IMG/VR virus record: IMGVR_UViG_3300042924_005659
Strand: one strand, 5' to 3'
Source of the DNA: a virus
DNA: 64,000 bases
Positions 25,177 through 35,415 of the stretch are shown in pieces. The position numbers and the translations under genes are program-made. The notes beneath the pieces were generated by a model. That model searched no databases. It was not told the DNA's origin and worked only from the letters and a program-made list of their open reading frames with translations. The stretch's first letter is position 1. Every line of letters begins with the position of its first letter.

Positions 25177-28065
25177 TCACTTCTTGTACTTGCCTAGAAC
25201 AGGATAGGTAGCGACGTCCTCGTCTGTCAAGGGTTCGCTCCAACGAATGCAGACCTCCGGATCAATGCCAAGTACCAAGTCATTGTTCGGAATCCTGCAT
25301 CTTTCGCACATTGCCATTCTCATGACCTCCATGGTCTCCTCAATCTGCTCTACGGGGCAGCTGACGATAACCTGATCGTGCACGCTCATGAGAACCCTGT
25401 ACTGAAGGTGAGGACGCTCGGCCTCACGGATCATGTATAGGTTTACCAGGGCCAACGACATTAAGTCGCCTACCGTGCCCTGAATCGGTGCATTCATCGC
25501 CTGACGCTTCTGATGAGCCAGCAGCTCGTTGTCCTCGGTATGCTCGAACCGACGACGTCGGCCGAATCCGTTTTCGACATATCCCTGGCTGCCGACCTTT
25601 TCCTGCTGCGAAATCAGCCAATGTGCAAGCTGAGGAAAAGTCGCTTTAAACTTGTCCACAGCCTCTTGAGCTTCTTCCAGCGTAATGTTGACTCCTTCCA
25701 TATATACCGCTTCTTTGATGGCCGCTCCGCCACGACCGTACGCAATTCCGAAGGTGATAGTTTTCGCAATGGTTCTGTACTTTGTGTTTCCGGTTTCCTT
25801 CAGCCAATCTTTCTTGCCTTTGGCATAGTCCGCCGGTGGCTTATCCAGGCGGAACATTTCTATGGCGACCTCGGAGTGGAAGTCCGATCCGGGATCGCTA
25901 AGCTTCTGCTGCATGTTGGTGTCTCCGGAGAGCCACGCCATGACGAAAAGCTCGGCCTGCACCCAGTCGCAATCCAGCAAGGCCCAACCAGGATCCGCTC
26001 TGAAGCAGGAACGGATTGAAGGTATCTGCTGCTGCTTGTCCTTGAAGGCCTTGCTAACAAGGTCCTCCGCGGTCTTTGGCAGCTGAGCCATGTTGGGATC
26101 CGAGTGTCCGTAACGCCCAGTCTCGACGGTCTGCCTAATGCGAGTATGGACTCGGCCATCACACCACAGCTTAGGCAGAATACCGCCATCCACCGAGTGA
26201 CCGCCATCGGGCAGCTCCACGAACTCTCCCGTGAATGTCTTCACGGTCTGAGCTACCGCAGTGTACAGCAGCATGGTGTTAACCAGCTCGTTATCTTTAT
26301 GAATTAGCAGCAAGCTGGTAAGAACAGAACGATCTGTAGACGGAGTATACGACGCCAGTTTTTCCGGCTTTTCCAGAAGCTTGGACCACTTTGCGTCATT
26401 TGTAGCCTTGATGGGCTCAAACCTACATAGAGTGGCAGTTGGTGGAAAGCTGGGCTTGCTGCCTTGCTTTACCCAGCCGAACAAAGCCGCTGCCTTCTGC
26501 ACCGGAGAATCGGGATTGAAATCCGGCCAGTTGAGCAGACCTCGGAGCTTTTCCGTAAGTTCAGTGCGCTTAGCAGTGTACTTGTGAGAAAGCAGCTCCA
26601 ACCGGTCTCTGTCAACGTTCATGCCAGTAGTCTCGATCTCAAGAATCGGCAGAGTGGCAGGCATGACCACGGTCTCGAACAGCGTCCGCACTCTCTCGTT
26701 CTCATGGCGCATCATTTCTGCATATTGAATCAGGAATATGCGGAAAGTGGCATCTGCGTCCTGAGCAGCATACGGAAACAGCACGTCGTCCGGAATTCCT
26801 CCGTAGCCGTGCTCGTCGACGTCGTACTTGCTTTCCTTGATCCAGGCATTCAAGGCAAGTTCATACCTGCCCATCTGAGTGTGCCTGGCTGTGTATACCT
26901 CCAGACCCTGTGCCCAGTTCTCGTCCAGCAAGTGCCCAGCCAAGGCAGTATCCCAGCCTGTGAGTGCAGGTAGGGTGACGTTTACTCCGTTGTGCTGAAG
27001 CCACGGCAAGTCGGCTCGTATGAAGTGGCCTATTAGCTTTGTCTTGCCGTTTTCCACAAATTGCTTTATCAGACTCCAGGCCTGCTGCTTGTTCTGGCCA
27101 AGAGGACTGGGCTGCATGTTGGCGTGATTGAATACCGCTACCAGCGCCTTGCCTGGAGCCCAGCTGAACTGAATGCACCGCAGTTCGCCGCTGAGGTGGT
27201 TTCCGCCGCCCCATTCGCAGTCCACGGAAACCCAGCCTGAGTACTCCTGCTCAATTGTCTGCAGGTGTTGCTGCAACTGGTCCAGCGAGTACACGCAGGT
27301 GTAGGAGATATGAGTGTCGTCCTTTACGGTTACCTGTCCGCTAGCCAGTTCGTTGGCTATCCGAGTCATGTCCAGGGCTATTGCTGCACGTACTTCAGGC
27401 ATGTGGATAATGGCGGAGAAGTCAGTCATGATGGCCGTCTTTATGCCCAACGGACTTTCCTCTGCCGACATCGTACGGTTCTTGTACTTCTCAACCGTAG
27501 CTCTAGCGCCCAGGACGGCCTTCAGCACTTTTGCACCCAGCAGGATTACAAGTTCTGGCTTGGCCAGCTCAAGCTCCTTCTTGAACGCAGCGGAGTAGTC
27601 CTCGACCAGATCTTTTGGGATCGCCGTCTTTTTGCCGTCCACATAGTGTTTGACGTAAGTGGTGTAGTAGCAAGCAGATACTGGAAATCCTGTCTTAGCG
27701 ACCAGATCCTCGAATTCGGAAACCCACTCTCCGCAGTACAGCCGAGAGTTGTCGTTCTCACGAGAGTTTGGCCAGCAACCTACCAGCATTATTCTGCAAG
27801 GAGCAGGACCCAGCTCAGGAGTTGGCAGCAAATGCGCATTTGTCTTGCCCTGAGGAGCAGTAGTATTGAACACAGACTTGAGGTGAATGCCAGGCAGCAG
27901 CTGAATAGGAGAGCTGATTCCATTTACGTTCAGGCAGATCCTGCTTCTACTCATGAGCATCTCTTGAAAGGAGTGCTCGATTGTCTGACTGTATTGCAAG
28001 GCTCTGGCCACGGCCATAGAGCCGTACTTCTGTACGTTCTCTTCCACAGTTGTTTGTATTGTCAT
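25177..28065 (-). CDS. polA: family A DNA polymerase with N-terminal UDG-like domain and 3'-5' exonuclease (962 aa)
   Basis: Exo VDCE, HFIRAD, YAAQDAD; ETGRYG..PNMAQLP; motif A DWVQAEL; motif B RTIAKTITFGIAYG; motif C VHDQ; start re-called to 28065, after the ClpS stop. Confidence 0.95.
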   Translation of the reverse strand: MTIQTTVEENVQKYGSMAVARALQYSQTIEHSFQEMLMSRSRICLNVNGISSPIQLLPGIHLKSVFNTTAPQGKTNAHLLPTPELGPAPCRIMLVGCWPNSRENDNSRLYCGEWVSEFEDLVAKTGFPVSACYYTTYVKHYVDGKKTAIPKDLVEDYSAAFKKELELAKPELVILLGAKVLKAVLGARATVEKYKNRTMSAEESPLGIKTAIMTDFSAIIHMPEVRAAIALDMTRIANELASGQVTVKDDTHISYTCVYSLDQLQQHLQTIEQEYSGWVSVDCEWGGGNHLSGELRCIQFSWAPGKALVAVFNHANMQPSPLGQNKQQAWSLIKQFVENGKTKLIGHFIRADLPWLQHNGVNVTLPALTGWDTALAGHLLDENWAQGLEVYTARHTQMGRYELALNAWIKESKYDVDEHGYGGIPDDVLFPYAAQDADATFRIFLIQYAEMMRHENERVRTLFETVVMPATLPILEIETTGMNVDRDRLELLSHKYTAKRTELTEKLRGLLNWPDFNPDSPVQKAAALFGWVKQGSKPSFPPTATLCRFEPIKATNDAKWSKLLEKPEKLASYTPSTDRSVLTSLLLIHKDNELVNTMLLYTAVAQTVKTFTGEFVELPDGGHSVDGGILPKLWCDGRVHTRIRQTVETGRYGHSDPNMAQLPKTAEDLVSKAFKDKQQQIPSIRSCFRADPGWALLDCDWVQAELFVMAWLSGDTNMQQKLSDPGSDFHSEVAIEMFRLDKPPADYAKGKKDWLKETGNTKYRTIAKTITFGIAYGRGGAAIKEAVYMEGVNITLEEAQEAVDKFKATFPQLAHWLISQQEKVGSQGYVENGFGRRRRFEHTEDNELLAHQKRQAMNAPIQGTVGDLMSLALVNLYMIREAERPHLQYRVLMSVHDQVIVSCPVEQIEETMEVMRMAMCERCRIPNNDLVLGIDPEVCIRWSEPLTDEDVATYPVLGKYKK

Positions 28066-28067
28066 TT

Positions 28068-28355
28068 TTAGTCCGGCTCGATGGTGCAGGTGAGGCTTAA
28101 GGACACTAGCTGATCTTTTAGCAGTTCCGCCCGTTCTTTGTGCGTTACTTCGACGATAGAAAAACCATTTTTGTCTACCTCTGTGGTCTTTACTAGAGCC
28201 ATGTGAGGGTCCATTCTGAGAATCTGCATTAGACATTTGATTACGTGTATGTACGTGTTTACGTCATCGTTGTGGACCAACACCTTCCACATCTTCAACG
28301 GCTTGGTTTCGGGAGGAGTGTTGACAGTCGTAGTATTTGAATTTGATTGTTCCAT
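28068..28355 (-). CDS. clpS: ClpS N-degron adaptor
   Basis: WKVLVHNDDVNTYIHVIKCL..EVDKNG..ERAE. Confidence 0.88.
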   Translation of the reverse strand: MEQSNSNTTTVNTPPETKPLKMWKVLVHNDDVNTYIHVIKCLMQILRMDPHMALVKTTEVDKNGFSIVEVTHKERAELLKDQLVSLSLTCTIEPD

Positions 28356-28359
28356 TGCC

Positions 28360-29490
28360 TTACCTTGAGTTTTCTCTTTGCTTGTTAAGCACAGCTTCCA
28401 TGAGTTCCGAAGTCGTCATGTTGGCTGGATCCTGGCCCTTCGGCAGTTCTATTGCAAGACATCCTTTTGCAATCTTTTGATTCAAAGACGCAATTATGTC
28501 AAAAATCTTGCCATTAACTGCTGCTTCGTGCTCGACCATGAAGACTATTTGTCCATCCTTGAACGATTCTGCCAGCATCTCCTGCTGCATTGGCCTTGGA
28601 TACATGCCAAAGGTGCAGACTCCTGCAAATCCACAGGCAATGGCAGATAGGGCCCCTTCACAAACAATGCAAAACTTTCCGTCTGTGAATTTTTGCGCAG
28701 CCTCCAGCCTGTACAGCGTGGAGCCAAACGAGTAGCCGGGAGCATTCAAATACTTTTGAATGACTGCCTTGCCGGTATTGGGATCCTTGGGAATGTCTCC
28801 TATATATCTGGCAAGCCAGCCATTCCATACGCCTTGCTGTACGTTTGGAATTATCAATCTGTGCTCAGGAGTCACCGTGTGCCAATTGCCTGCAGAGTCC
28901 GTGAATCTTTTATGCCATGGGCTCTTGCTGCAATAGCAGAACTGATATTCATTGGCCAACATGTCTATGTCGGCAAAGTTACGAGACACCAGATACTGTA
29001 TGACCGGATGGTCATCGCTAAGCTGGTTTATCGGAATTAGATCTTCTACTGCCCCAGGCAACTCCATTCTTCGGACCTCGGCATCCATGCCCGTCTTTAG
29101 GTCCTCTGACTTTTGCGTCGTTGTCGGATCGTAGTCAGCGCCGTAAAGCACGTTCCACAGATCTCCCCAGTAGCAGCTTTCGTTATGGCACTTTACGCAA
29201 GAGAACAGCTTTCTACCCGCTTGCTCGCAATAGGTGCCCCATAGATGACTGATGTACAGCCGAGATCTCTTGTCGTTACAGCGAGGACAATTTACCGAAT
29301 AGGTTTCGCCCCAGTTTATGAGATTGATTCTCTTGGAGCTTGCTTCCGGATTGCCGCTTCTTGCAGAAGCCCATGCCGCAATCTTGTCCTCTACGACATG
29401 GTATTTGGCTTCGACTCCCGCGTTGGTGACCTGCACTTTTCCAAACTTTTTCTTCAGAGCCTTTACAAGGATATCGTTTATGTACTTCAT
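28360..29490 (-). CDS. DNA primase (Zn finger + TOPRIM)
   Basis: CPRC..KCH Zn finger, RLIIP..WLAR, KYLN, VCEG, LPKGQDP. Confidence 0.85.
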   Translation of the reverse strand: MKYINDILVKALKKKFGKVQVTNAGVEAKYHVVEDKIAAWASARSGNPEASSKRINLINWGETYSVNCPRCNDKRSRLYISHLWGTYCEQAGRKLFSCVKCHNESCYWGDLWNVLYGADYDPTTTQKSEDLKTGMDAEVRRMELPGAVEDLIPINQLSDDHPVIQYLVSRNFADIDMLANEYQFCYCSKSPWHKRFTDSAGNWHTVTPEHRLIIPNVQQGVWNGWLARYIGDIPKDPNTGKAVIQKYLNAPGYSFGSTLYRLEAAQKFTDGKFCIVCEGALSAIACGFAGVCTFGMYPRPMQQEMLAESFKDGQIVFMVEHEAAVNGKIFDIIASLNQKIAKGCLAIELPKGQDPANMTTSELMEAVLNKQRENSR

Positions 29491-30956
29491 CCCAGATGAG
29501 ACCTCACGGTTTCGTTGAAGGCCAGCGGATCACGACGACGCTTCCCGGTGGAGGGTGCGTCCTCTTCTTCCGACTGAGCTCCAGACTTCTGGTTGTACAG
29601 CTTCATGGTCTCGGTGTTCACTTCCGACTTGTCCACCAGCTTCCAACGGGACAAAGCGCCGTCCATCTGGATTAGAGAATCCATGAAGGGGGCACCATTG
29701 CGAACCTTTGGAGCATTGACCCAGGCCATGTTGCTTTCCTTGTCGCGATTGCCTACGCAGATCACCGTATCCATGTAGTGGTGCAGAGTGCGGCACATGT
29801 AGGCATCGGTGGCTTCGGGCTTTCGCTGGGGGCCACTGGCCGAAGCCGTGGTGCCCAGCTGATGGTACACAAATATGTTCACTTTCAGATTGCTGCCGAC
29901 CTTGCGCAAGTCGTCGGCCATCTGATTCATGATCTTGGTCTGCTCTGAGGTGTTTATTCCCCGTACAGCCATATAGTTGTTTGCCATCGGCCCGAGCCAG
30001 TCGATGCCTACATACCGTGGTTCCTTTCCGGAATCTCGTGCCTGCTTGACGATCAGCTCGACCTCGTTAGCGCCACCGCCGCCGCCACCGTTGTTCTGTG
30101 CGGCTTCGAGCATGTCAACGATCATCAGCCTTCCAGCAAGCCTCTCCCGCACCTTGTCATACTTGGCCTTCAGTCCTTTGTTGGCCTCGAATCCCTCTTT
30201 GCTAAGTCCCACAAATGAGGAGATCGGTATTCCCATGGCAAATGCGTAGATACGGTTGGTGATGCCTTCCGCATTTTGCTCGTAGGTGAGGATCAATGAG
30301 TCCTCTCCGTTCAAGGCCGCAGTCGTGGCCAGCTGAATGTTGGTCAGGGTCTTGCCGCCACCGGATGGAGCCAGGAACAAAGTCGTCTCTCCGGTGGTTG
30401 CACCTCCGCTAGTCACAATATCGACCCAGTCTACACCCCAAGGTCTCCGTACTGCATTGGAGAGCATGGGAGTTGCGCTCATGAATGGATCTATGAACTT
30501 GGCCCGGCTGATGGAAGTGCTGGCAATAGTCCTGGTCAGTTCCTGCACCTTGTCCACGATGTCCTCGGCACGATCAATGCCAAAAGCAGCGGGACGGACC
30601 TTGCGGTCAATCAGAAACTTATGCAGGAATTCCAGCACATAGGCTTTGTGCTCGTCGAATTCCGCCACTGAGTTGTAGGCCCAGTGCAGGATATCTCCAA
30701 AATGCAATGCCTCGGCATCGTTCAGCACCCTGTTCGGAACCAGCTCGTCCATGAACGCGCTGACTGCGACTTCGTAAGGAACGGGGGTCTTGCTGGTGGC
30801 GTGCCATCTGCTGCCAATGATGAAGGCTACGCGCAACGGAGTCTCGTTGTCGCGAAAGTCCTCCAACTTCAGGCGCTGGACGATCATTCCCATTACTTCG
30901 CTTGACCTGAGCATGCCCAGGACAAGCCACTTGTTGTTAGCGTGACTCAGGTCCAT
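29487..30956 (-). CDS. dnaB: DnaB-like (SF4) replicative helicase
   Basis: APSGGGKT, LTYEQ, VGIDWLG, YHQL, KVRNG. Confidence 0.88.
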   Translation of the reverse strand: MDLSHANNKWLVLGMLRSSEVMGMIVQRLKLEDFRDNETPLRVAFIIGSRWHATSKTPVPYEVAVSAFMDELVPNRVLNDAEALHFGDILHWAYNSVAEFDEHKAYVLEFLHKFLIDRKVRPAAFGIDRAEDIVDKVQELTRTIASTSISRAKFIDPFMSATPMLSNAVRRPWGVDWVDIVTSGGATTGETTLFLAPSGGGKTLTNIQLATTAALNGEDSLILTYEQNAEGITNRIYAFAMGIPISSFVGLSKEGFEANKGLKAKYDKVRERLAGRLMIVDMLEAAQNNGGGGGGANEVELIVKQARDSGKEPRYVGIDWLGPMANNYMAVRGINTSEQTKIMNQMADDLRKVGSNLKVNIFVYHQLGTTASASGPQRKPEATDAYMCRTLHHYMDTVICVGNRDKESNMAWVNAPKVRNGAPFMDSLIQMDGALSRWKLVDKSEVNTETMKLYNQKSGAQSEEEDAPSTGKRRRDPLAFNETVRSHLG

Positions 30957-31516
30957 GGAATGAACAGCTCCTCGGGAACGATCTCCTTGAACTTTTCAGC
31001 ATATACTGGCATGCAGTGCACTTGGTGCTTTGCCTTGAGCAGTATATCTTGAGGAAGCTCATGATGGCGCTCCACCTTTCTTGCAATCACGTACATGAAG
31101 AACGGATCAAATGTATTCAAGGGATCTACTAGACACTCTACGAGATCAGCAGTCTCGCATAGTCTTTCTAGTCTCTTGACCATCAACTCGTACTTCAACT
31201 TCAATTTTGAATACTCTGGATCTGGCTTTCCGGCATTCAGGTATTCACGCTGAAAGCCGACAGATGCAAACTTTGACGGCATCGGATAGCCGGGAAATTC
31301 TTTCTGAAAGCACCAATCTACGTAAGCTCTTGGATCGACATCGTTTATAAGTGCCCATCGGGCTATGTCCATCCATCGGCTGTTGTATGTTTTGTTGGTG
31401 CTGTGGACTGCCACTTGGTAGTCCTTTTCAGATCCAGTAATTGATTTTTTAGTGAGGCCGTAGTAATGCTTTAGCTTTTTAGCTATTGCTTCAAATTCAC
31501 TGGGAGTATATCCCAT
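30947..31516 (-). CDS. hypothetical protein (189 aa) between two helicases
   Basis: Overlaps both neighbours. Confidence 0.75.
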   Translation of the reverse strand: MGYTPSEFEAIAKKLKHYYGLTKKSITGSEKDYQVAVHSTNKTYNSRWMDIARWALINDVDPRAYVDWCFQKEFPGYPMPSKFASVGFQREYLNAGKPDPEYSKLKLKYELMVKRLERLCETADLVECLVDPLNTFDPFFMYVIARKVERHHELPQDILLKAKHQVHCMPVYAEKFKEIVPEELFIPWT

Positions 31517-32928
31517 TGCTTGGCCTCGTAGCTTTCAAACCGAGTCTTGGACCGTCTAGCCGTCCAAACATCGTAGTTGTCTGCAAAGTCAACCAGAATG
31601 CCCTTGCTCTTGCCTGTCGCTATTCGGCAGACTCTTCCAGGCATCTGAATGTCCTTGATGGCGCTTGCTCCTCCATCGGCACGAATGATGACCGACAGAC
31701 TGGGGAAGTCCACTCCAGTGCTCCATATACCTGTAGCAATCGCTCTCTTCAAGGTTCCTGCAGAGAACTTACTGCGAATCTCATCTGCCTGCTTTCTGGT
31801 GATTGGATCGCCATCAAGTAACTTAGCCTTCTTGAATGCCTGTGCCGTAGCGTCATCCATCTCGCCATAGACACAAGTAAAATCCGGCAGGTACTTCTTC
31901 AGTTCCAGGGCATGTTCGATCTTGTCTACCAGAATTAGAATCTGGGGATCCTGCTCGGACACCCGTGCAGGGATCTCCTCATAGACCACTCTGGCTATCG
32001 CGTTGTTGCGAGCCAGGTTAGCCCAGTAGCCTAAGCGAGCACGCTTCACGTCATTTTTGAAGCTTCTGAGTACGTCGACCGGCTGGCAACCCCAGTTTAC
32101 TTTCCATACTTCAATGGGAACAACCAAACCTAGTTCGACTCCTTCCTGGTAGTCGACCTTGGAAATCTTGTTTCCGAAGTATGCCTCCATGGCCAATGCG
32201 GAATTGTCCATGCGCTGGTCGGGAGACGCAGAGTAGGAGATTAGCTTGCATCCGCTGAATAACGGATAGTACTCCAGAAACGAAGGAGTCAGCAGTTCGT
32301 GCACCTCGTCCAACTGAACTACCTCGAAGGTCTCCAGAGGAAGGCTACCTAGAGATCCACTGGTTGATACCAACGGATTTCCTTCCAAATGCTTATCGGA
32401 GTTCCAGACTCCTGCCTTTGGAAACACCTTCTTGAGTCGATCGTACAGCTGATTGCAGACGCTCTTCGACTTGGTAATGACGGCATGCTTTTGCCTTGGG
32501 TACAGCTCGATGACCTTCTCGATCACCACGCCCTTGCCGAAACCTGTCAGGGCGTCCACTATGCCGAAGTCCGCTCTCACGATTTCCTGGATTACCTCCA
32601 GCTGGCCGGGCCGAAGCCCGACCAGCTTAGAGGCATCCGGAACGGGAAGCTTGCCAGGTCTTAGGTCGGAGTACTCCGGCGTAAACCCAGCTCTAGCCAA
32701 CACTTGTAGGCAGCGCTCCTGTAATCCACACGGAAAGTACATCCAGCCATCCTGCATGGCATACAGATCCACGGGAGTGCTGACAATCCTGGGGGCACGA
32801 CCGGGTTCACGAACCTGGCTTCTGTGCAGATACCGAAACTCCTTCTGCAGTACGTCCAGGTGTGGGCCGTCCGGAGTGCGGATAAACCGCATAATTCGCT
32901 GCAAAACTACCTTTTTATTGTTGGCCAT
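31483..32928 (-). CDS. uvsW: SF2 helicase, UvsW-like
   Basis: LRPGQ, ALTGFGKG, DEVH, SAS, STGVDFP, QMPGRVCR. Confidence 0.88.
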   Translation of the reverse strand: MANNKKVVLQRIMRFIRTPDGPHLDVLQKEFRYLHRSQVREPGRAPRIVSTPVDLYAMQDGWMYFPCGLQERCLQVLARAGFTPEYSDLRPGKLPVPDASKLVGLRPGQLEVIQEIVRADFGIVDALTGFGKGVVIEKVIELYPRQKHAVITKSKSVCNQLYDRLKKVFPKAGVWNSDKHLEGNPLVSTSGSLGSLPLETFEVVQLDEVHELLTPSFLEYYPLFSGCKLISYSASPDQRMDNSALAMEAYFGNKISKVDYQEGVELGLVVPIEVWKVNWGCQPVDVLRSFKNDVKRARLGYWANLARNNAIARVVYEEIPARVSEQDPQILILVDKIEHALELKKYLPDFTCVYGEMDDATAQAFKKAKLLDGDPITRKQADEIRSKFSAGTLKRAIATGIWSTGVDFPSLSVIIRADGGASAIKDIQMPGRVCRIATGKSKGILVDFADNYDVWTARRSKTRFESYEAKQWDILPVNLKQ

Positions 32929-32937
32929 ACTTCACCT

Positions 32938-33228
32938 CTATTGAAGAATTACGACTACGCCGCAGTCATGCTGATGGGCATCCGCAAACTCATCTGCGAT
33001 TTGGGTCAGCAAAGCGTTACTTTCGATGAGCTCCTCCAGATTGTAGTAGCTCATGAACTTAGTGTACTCGTCCCGGTTGCGAACAGTCAAGAAGTTCCTA
33101 ATCTTCTTCGCCAGAGTGTAGGCTTGGGCCGACGGAACGCACTGCGTGTTCTGAAAATCGACCTTCGTGATGAGCTTGATCGCCTCGACGCAATCAGCCG
33201 AAAGAGTGACATGGGCAATGGTAGGCAT
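32938..33228 (-). CDS. hypothetical protein (96 aa)
   Basis: Shares base 33228 with sbcC. Confidence 0.7.
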   Translation of the reverse strand: MPTIAHVTLSADCVEAIKLITKVDFQNTQCVPSAQAYTLAKKIRNFLTVRNRDEYTKFMSYYNLEELIESNALLTQIADEFADAHQHDCGVVVILQ

Positions 33229-35405
33229 TACTCGTGACCTTCCAAGGAGATGTTCTTGCAGCCTAGTGCCGCAAGAGCGTTGCTGTGAGTGATTACAATG
33301 AACTGGCGTCCGGTCTGCTGGCCCATCTTGGCCAGATAGTTGAACGCCTCAGCCAGATCTCGGGAGTTGGATTCCTGCATCGCGCCTGAAGGCTCGTCCA
33401 GGGCCAATACTCCGAGAGTGCTGGCAAACACATCATTCACGGCCAGGAGATAGCAGACACTAGCCTGCTGCTTCTGACCGCCAGAAAGTCTCTTGGCGTG
33501 GTGAACCAGGCCGTCGGACTTTCGAGCCATGAACTCCAGGTTCTCGTCGATAAAGGCCGAGAAGTCGGCATTGATCGTACGCAAATAGAACGCCAGACGC
33601 TCATTGAGCTTCTGCATGTACTGCAATGACAGCAGACGAGGCAAGCCATCCTTCATCAGAATGGTGTTGACCTTGTCCAGAATCCTCCTAAAGTCTTCTA
33701 TTGGCTTGACCGAGGCTGCTCGCTTTTCCTGTGCGTCAACCTTCGCTTTTGCCCTATCGAGACCCTGCAAGGTAGATTCCTGGCTACCCTCTAGCTTTGC
33801 TGCTTTCTGCTTTATGGCCAAGCCGTCCTGATTTCGCTTTTCCAGACTGGCGTACTCATTTGCATCAAACCTAGCAGGAGGTATGTCTGCAAGTTGAGTG
33901 TCGATCAAGGACATCATGTCAATCTGAGACTGAATGTGGCCCTTGACGGCGCTTATGCTGTTTTCTGCAGAACTGACACTACGCTCCAGCATGTCGAAAT
34001 TGCTAGCCACTCTGCTTAGAGCAGCCTTGATTTCGGGAGTCATCTTCGGCAGATCCTGCATTGTCTGCAGCTCCTGGTCGACCTCCATGGCCTTAGCCAT
34101 AGTAGTCTCAGCGCACTGCGTTGCTTCCTGCACAGCCTTCTCGTAGCCCTGCCATTCTTTTTCTATTCTGCGTACCTCGGCAAGAGTCTGCACGGCCAAG
34201 TTTACCTCAGCCGTCTTTTGTGCAATCGCTTCCTTGATCTGCTCAAGGTCGTGAGCACAGACCGCAGTGCTGGTGCCGCATTCTGGACATTGACCCTTTT
34301 CGATCAATTCCAGGCGCTTCTGCATCAGCATCAGTTCCTGCTTAAGTTCGGAAATGCGATCAAGCAGCCAAGTGTCGGCGCCAAGCTGAGGCCTCTCATC
34401 TGCAGGTTGCGCCGGCTGGCTAGCCATGCATTCCTGCAGCTTTGCGGCAAGATTGACCGCACTGTCCAACAGCGCCTCCTTGCGCTTGTTGGCAGTAAGC
34501 AACATATCTGCAGAGTACAAAGCTTTCTTGGCTTCTTCTGCCTCTGCAGCCTTCGCAGCACGCTCTACCTGAAGTTGTCCTATTGCAGTCTCCTGGACTT
34601 TCAGCTGCTGCTGCAACTGCGAATAAGCAGACATTGCCGTAGTCCGGTTGGCCTCCAGCTGCGTTCGCTTATCGTCATTCTTCTTGATCTTGTCCAGGAT
34701 ATCCAAGCGGGCAGACACCTCCTGCAGCTGCATAGAGTTGTATTGACGAGCCAACTCTGTCAGTTCGGACTCGATGCGATTTGCCTCGCCTTGCATCAGG
34801 TTCAGTTCTGTCTTGGCCTCCAGCAAAGGGCCCTGTACATCCGGAACCGTGACAGACATCATCACATCTCGCACCTGGCCTCTGAGCGTCTCAAGCTCAT
34901 TGGTACGGGTGAGAGTATGAATAATTTCCTTAAACTTCGCAGGAGTGGACGACACAGGAGCCGTGATGGAATCCTGGTCCACGATCAGGTGGCCGTCGAT
35001 AATGCTGGCTGGAACTGGAATCAGCGCATGAGTCTTTTCCAGAGCTTCCTTGGAGGCAAAGACCTCCTCGACCTTTCCGTCATCGTGCTCGATTCTAAGT
35101 CTAGGAATGTTCAGAGTGCCGAACTTCTTCTCGCCAGAGACCGCCTTTGCAATATGCAGAACCTTGTTTCCGATGCGCCAGGACGCAATAAAGTAACAGG
35201 CCTCCTGGGGTGGTGTACCCCAGGAGGCCCAGCTACCTGCGTTCCCTGGAAACGAGTTGGTGAGGGACGCTCGGATCATCGTGAGTATGGTTGACTTGCC
35301 GCAGCCGATCGGTCCAGTGATGACCGTCAGTGCGTCGTCGAACTCAAACTCGAAGTCTCCCTTGAGGAGACCGATGTTCCTGCCCTTCAGGGAGAGCAGC
35401 TTCAT
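33228..35405 (-). CDS. sbcC: SbcC/Rad50/gp46-like SMC ATPase
   Basis: GPIGCGKS, coiled coil, CPEC hook, LSGGQ, LDEP, ITH. Confidence 0.93.
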   Translation of the reverse strand: MKLLSLKGRNIGLLKGDFEFEFDDALTVITGPIGCGKSTILTMIRASLTNSFPGNAGSWASWGTPPQEACYFIASWRIGNKVLHIAKAVSGEKKFGTLNIPRLRIEHDDGKVEEVFASKEALEKTHALIPVPASIIDGHLIVDQDSITAPVSSTPAKFKEIIHTLTRTNELETLRGQVRDVMMSVTVPDVQGPLLEAKTELNLMQGEANRIESELTELARQYNSMQLQEVSARLDILDKIKKNDDKRTQLEANRTTAMSAYSQLQQQLKVQETAIGQLQVERAAKAAEAEEAKKALYSADMLLTANKRKEALLDSAVNLAAKLQECMASQPAQPADERPQLGADTWLLDRISELKQELMLMQKRLELIEKGQCPECGTSTAVCAHDLEQIKEAIAQKTAEVNLAVQTLAEVRRIEKEWQGYEKAVQEATQCAETTMAKAMEVDQELQTMQDLPKMTPEIKAALSRVASNFDMLERSVSSAENSISAVKGHIQSQIDMMSLIDTQLADIPPARFDANEYASLEKRNQDGLAIKQKAAKLEGSQESTLQGLDRAKAKVDAQEKRAASVKPIEDFRRILDKVNTILMKDGLPRLLSLQYMQKLNERLAFYLRTINADFSAFIDENLEFMARKSDGLVHHAKRLSGGQKQQASVCYLLAVNDVFASTLGVLALDEPSGAMQESNSRDLAEAFNYLAKMGQQTGRQFIVITHSNALAALGCKNISLEGHE

Positions 35406-35415
35406 GTTTTAAATC

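Noticed and set aside
28066-28236. 57-aa N-terminal extension of the polymerase in the ORF track
   Set aside because: Overlaps clpS by 169 nt; ATG 28065 directly follows the clpS stop
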